DNA of 35,762 nt from a bacterium (GTDB lineage: Bacteria > Sysuimicrobiota > Sysuimicrobiia > Sysuimicrobiales > Kaftiobacteriaceae). Below, in pieces: positions 34,052-35,762 of the stretch. A program made the translations under genes and the position numbers. Each line of letters opens with the position of its first letter. Position 1 is the stretch's first letter. The notes beneath the pieces were generated by a model that did not search any database, had not been told where the DNA came from, and was given only the letters and a program-made list of their open reading frames with translations. The stretch is from contig JBIOWP010000087.1 in the NCBI GenBank assembly GCA_044868695.1, forward strand, positions 1 through 35,762, read 5' to 3'.

Positions 34052-35762
34052 GTGGACGCTGACGCTCCTGACGCTCCTGCAACGGCCCTCCGACCCACTG
34101 CTGACCTGCCCCGGGAGACGCTGGACTACTTCGGGGGAGACGACCTCCGGGCGCGTGTCTTCTACGATAAGTATGCTCTGCGGGATCCCGACGGTCGGGT
34201 GCTGGAGACGGCCCCGCCGCAGATGTGGCGGCGCATCGCCCGCGAAATCGCGTCGGTCGAGGCCACGCCCGGCGCACGGGCCGAGTGGGAAGAGAAGTTC
34301 TACTGGCTGCTGGACGACTTCCGGTTCATCCCAGGCGGCCGCATCATGCACGGCGCCGGCAACCCCAAGCGGGTCACGCTTCTGAACTGCTATGTGATTC
34401 CGGTGCACGACGACTCGATCGAGTCGATCTTCGAGTGGATGAAAGAAGCGGCGCGCACCTATTCATTGGGCGGAGGCGTGGGCACCGACATCAGCGTGCT
34501 GCGGCCGCGCGGCGCTCCCGTCAACAACGCCGCCCGCAGCAGTACCGGCTCGGTCTCCTTCATGGAACTGTTCTCGCTCACCACGGGCACCATCGGGCAG
34601 TCAGGCCGGCGCGGCGCCTTGATGATCACGGTCGCCGACCATCACCCTGACGTGCTGGATTTCGTGAAGGTCAAACGCAACCTGACCAAGGTACGCTACG
34701 CCAACATCAGCGTGCGCGTCTCGGATGCCTTCATGCGCGCCGTGGAAACCGACGGCGAGTTTACGCTGCGATTCGACAACGAGCGCGCCGCCATGACCCG
34801 CACCATCCGGGCGCGGGAGCTGTGGGCGGAGCTGATCCGAGGGGCGCGGGACTTCGCCGAGCCGGGCTTGATCTTCTGGGATCAGATCAAGCGGTGGTCT
34901 ACCTCGGAGTACAACGGAATGGGTGTCATCACTACGAACCCCTGCAGCGAGATCCCGCTGGAGCCATACGGGAACTGCTGTCTAGGCAACGTGAACCTGG
35001 CCTGCTTCGTCAGCGATCCGTTCGGGCCGCAAGCGCGCGTGGACTGGACGCACCTCGAGCCGGCGCTGCGGTACGCCACGCGCTTCCTGGACAACGTCCT
35101 CGACTACAATGCCGACAAACACCCGCTCCCGCAGCAGCGGGAGAGCAGCCTGAAGTCGAGGCGCATTGGCGTCGGGTTCACCGGCCTGGGCGACCTGCTG
35201 ATCAAGCTCGGGCTGAAGTACGACACCGACGACGCGGTCGCGTTCGTGGGTCAGTTGTTCGACCGGATCAAGAACGTCGTCGCCGACGAGAGCGTCACCC
35301 TCGCCCAGGAGAAAGGCGTCTTTCCCGCCTATGATGCCGACAAGCATCTGCAGGGCCACTTCCTCGCCACCCTGCAGAGCCAGGTGCTCGACCGGATCCG
35401 CCGGTTTGGGCTGCGCAACGTCGCCCTCCTGACTGTGCCGCCGGTCGGCAGCGGCGCGGCGCTGGCGGGCGTCACCAGCGGGATCGAGCCCATCTTCGAC
35501 CTCGCCTACATCCGGCGCTCCGAGTCGCTCTCCCAAGATACGTTCAAGGTCTATCACCCCCTGGTGCGGGAGTACATGGCGCGCTACCAGGTGGAGCGCG
35601 AAGGAGACCTGCCGCCGTTCTTTGTGACCGCGCATCAGATCAAGCCCGAGATGCGGGTGAAGATGCAGGCGGCCATTCAGCAGCACATCGACCACTCCAT
35701 CAGCAGCACCGTGAACCTGCCGCGCGACACCACGCCGGAGGAGGTCGAGCGGGTGTACTTCC
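34052..35762 (+). CDS. nrdJ: Ribonucleotide reductase, probably class II (adenosylcobalamin-dependent); truncated by the window edge
   Basis: Not in the ORF track because there is no stop. Manual translation from GTG 34052 (RBS GAGGGGTGA) gives FIPGGRI, LNCYV, GGGVG, GRRGALM, ANISV, AEPGLIF, TNPCSE, CCLG, RRIGVG, TSGIEP and SISSTVNLP; no N-terminal ATP cone. Confidence 0.9.
   Translation, partial: MDADAPDAPATALRPTADLPRETLDYFGGDDLRARVFYDKYALRDPDGRVLETAPPQMWRRIAREIASVEATPGARAEWEEKFYWLLDDFRFIPGGRIMHGAGNPKRVTLLNCYVIPVHDDSIESIFEWMKEAARTYSLGGGVGTDISVLRPRGAPVNNAARSSTGSVSFMELFSLTTGTIGQSGRRGALMITVADHHPDVLDFVKVKRNLTKVRYANISVRVSDAFMRAVETDGEFTLRFDNERAAMTRTIRARELWAELIRGARDFAEPGLIFWDQIKRWSTSEYNGMGVITTNPCSEIPLEPYGNCCLGNVNLACFVSDPFGPQARVDWTHLEPALRYATRFLDNVLDYNADKHPLPQQRESSLKSRRIGVGFTGLGDLLIKLGLKYDTDDAVAFVGQLFDRIKNVVADESVTLAQEKGVFPAYDADKHLQGHFLATLQSQVLDRIRRFGLRNVALLTVPPVGSGAALAGVTSGIEPIFDLAYIRRSESLSQDTFKVYHPLVREYMARYQVEREGDLPPFFVTAHQIKPEMRVKMQAAIQQHIDHSISSTVNLPRDTTPEEVERVYF

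Noticed and set aside
34052..35762. Intein or intron in the ribonucleotide reductase
   Set aside because: The common insertion points (GRRGA and TNPCSE) are contiguous and the frame appears open in the visible part; the N-terminal GACGCTCCT x2 is only a low-complexity linker

Overview
GC-rich bacterial chromosomal segment, probably a Terrabacteria lineage (inferred only from Firmicutes-like MraZ, FtsA and sigmaH-type signals). It contains the 3' end of an rRNA operon (23S-5S-terminator) and a ~12.7 kb block of mixed genes: ADP-ribosylglycohydrolase, DinB, TerC, a SAM methyltransferase, a tail-less Ssb, an esterase, membrane proteins, a DUF374 acyltransferase with a fatty acyl-CoA ligase, a NarL-type two-component pair, and ornithine cyclodeaminase-family and SQR-like oxidoreductases. 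Next comes a dcw cluster (mraZ rsmH ftsL ftsI murE murF mraY murD ftsW murG murC murB ftsQ ftsA ftsZ, no ddl), an M50 protease and NatB-like permease, and nrdR with a probable class II ribonucleotide reductase (nrdJ) that runs off the window. The most notable signal is a tandem pair of NrdR-box-like operators, 32 bp apart, in front of ftsA-ftsZ. They match the boxes at the nrdR-nrdJ promoter and suggest that the dNTP-sensing repressor controls division genes. Other signals: an identical GGAGGAGT-N12-GTGGAAT sigmaH-like promoter before both mraZ and ftsA; an apparent ATC start for rsmH; a structured RNA between rsmH and ftsL; inverted 6-8-mer arrays across gene junctions; and motif changes in FtsI (KTG->KTA), MurC and MurD. 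All calls come from reading motifs by eye; no searches were run.
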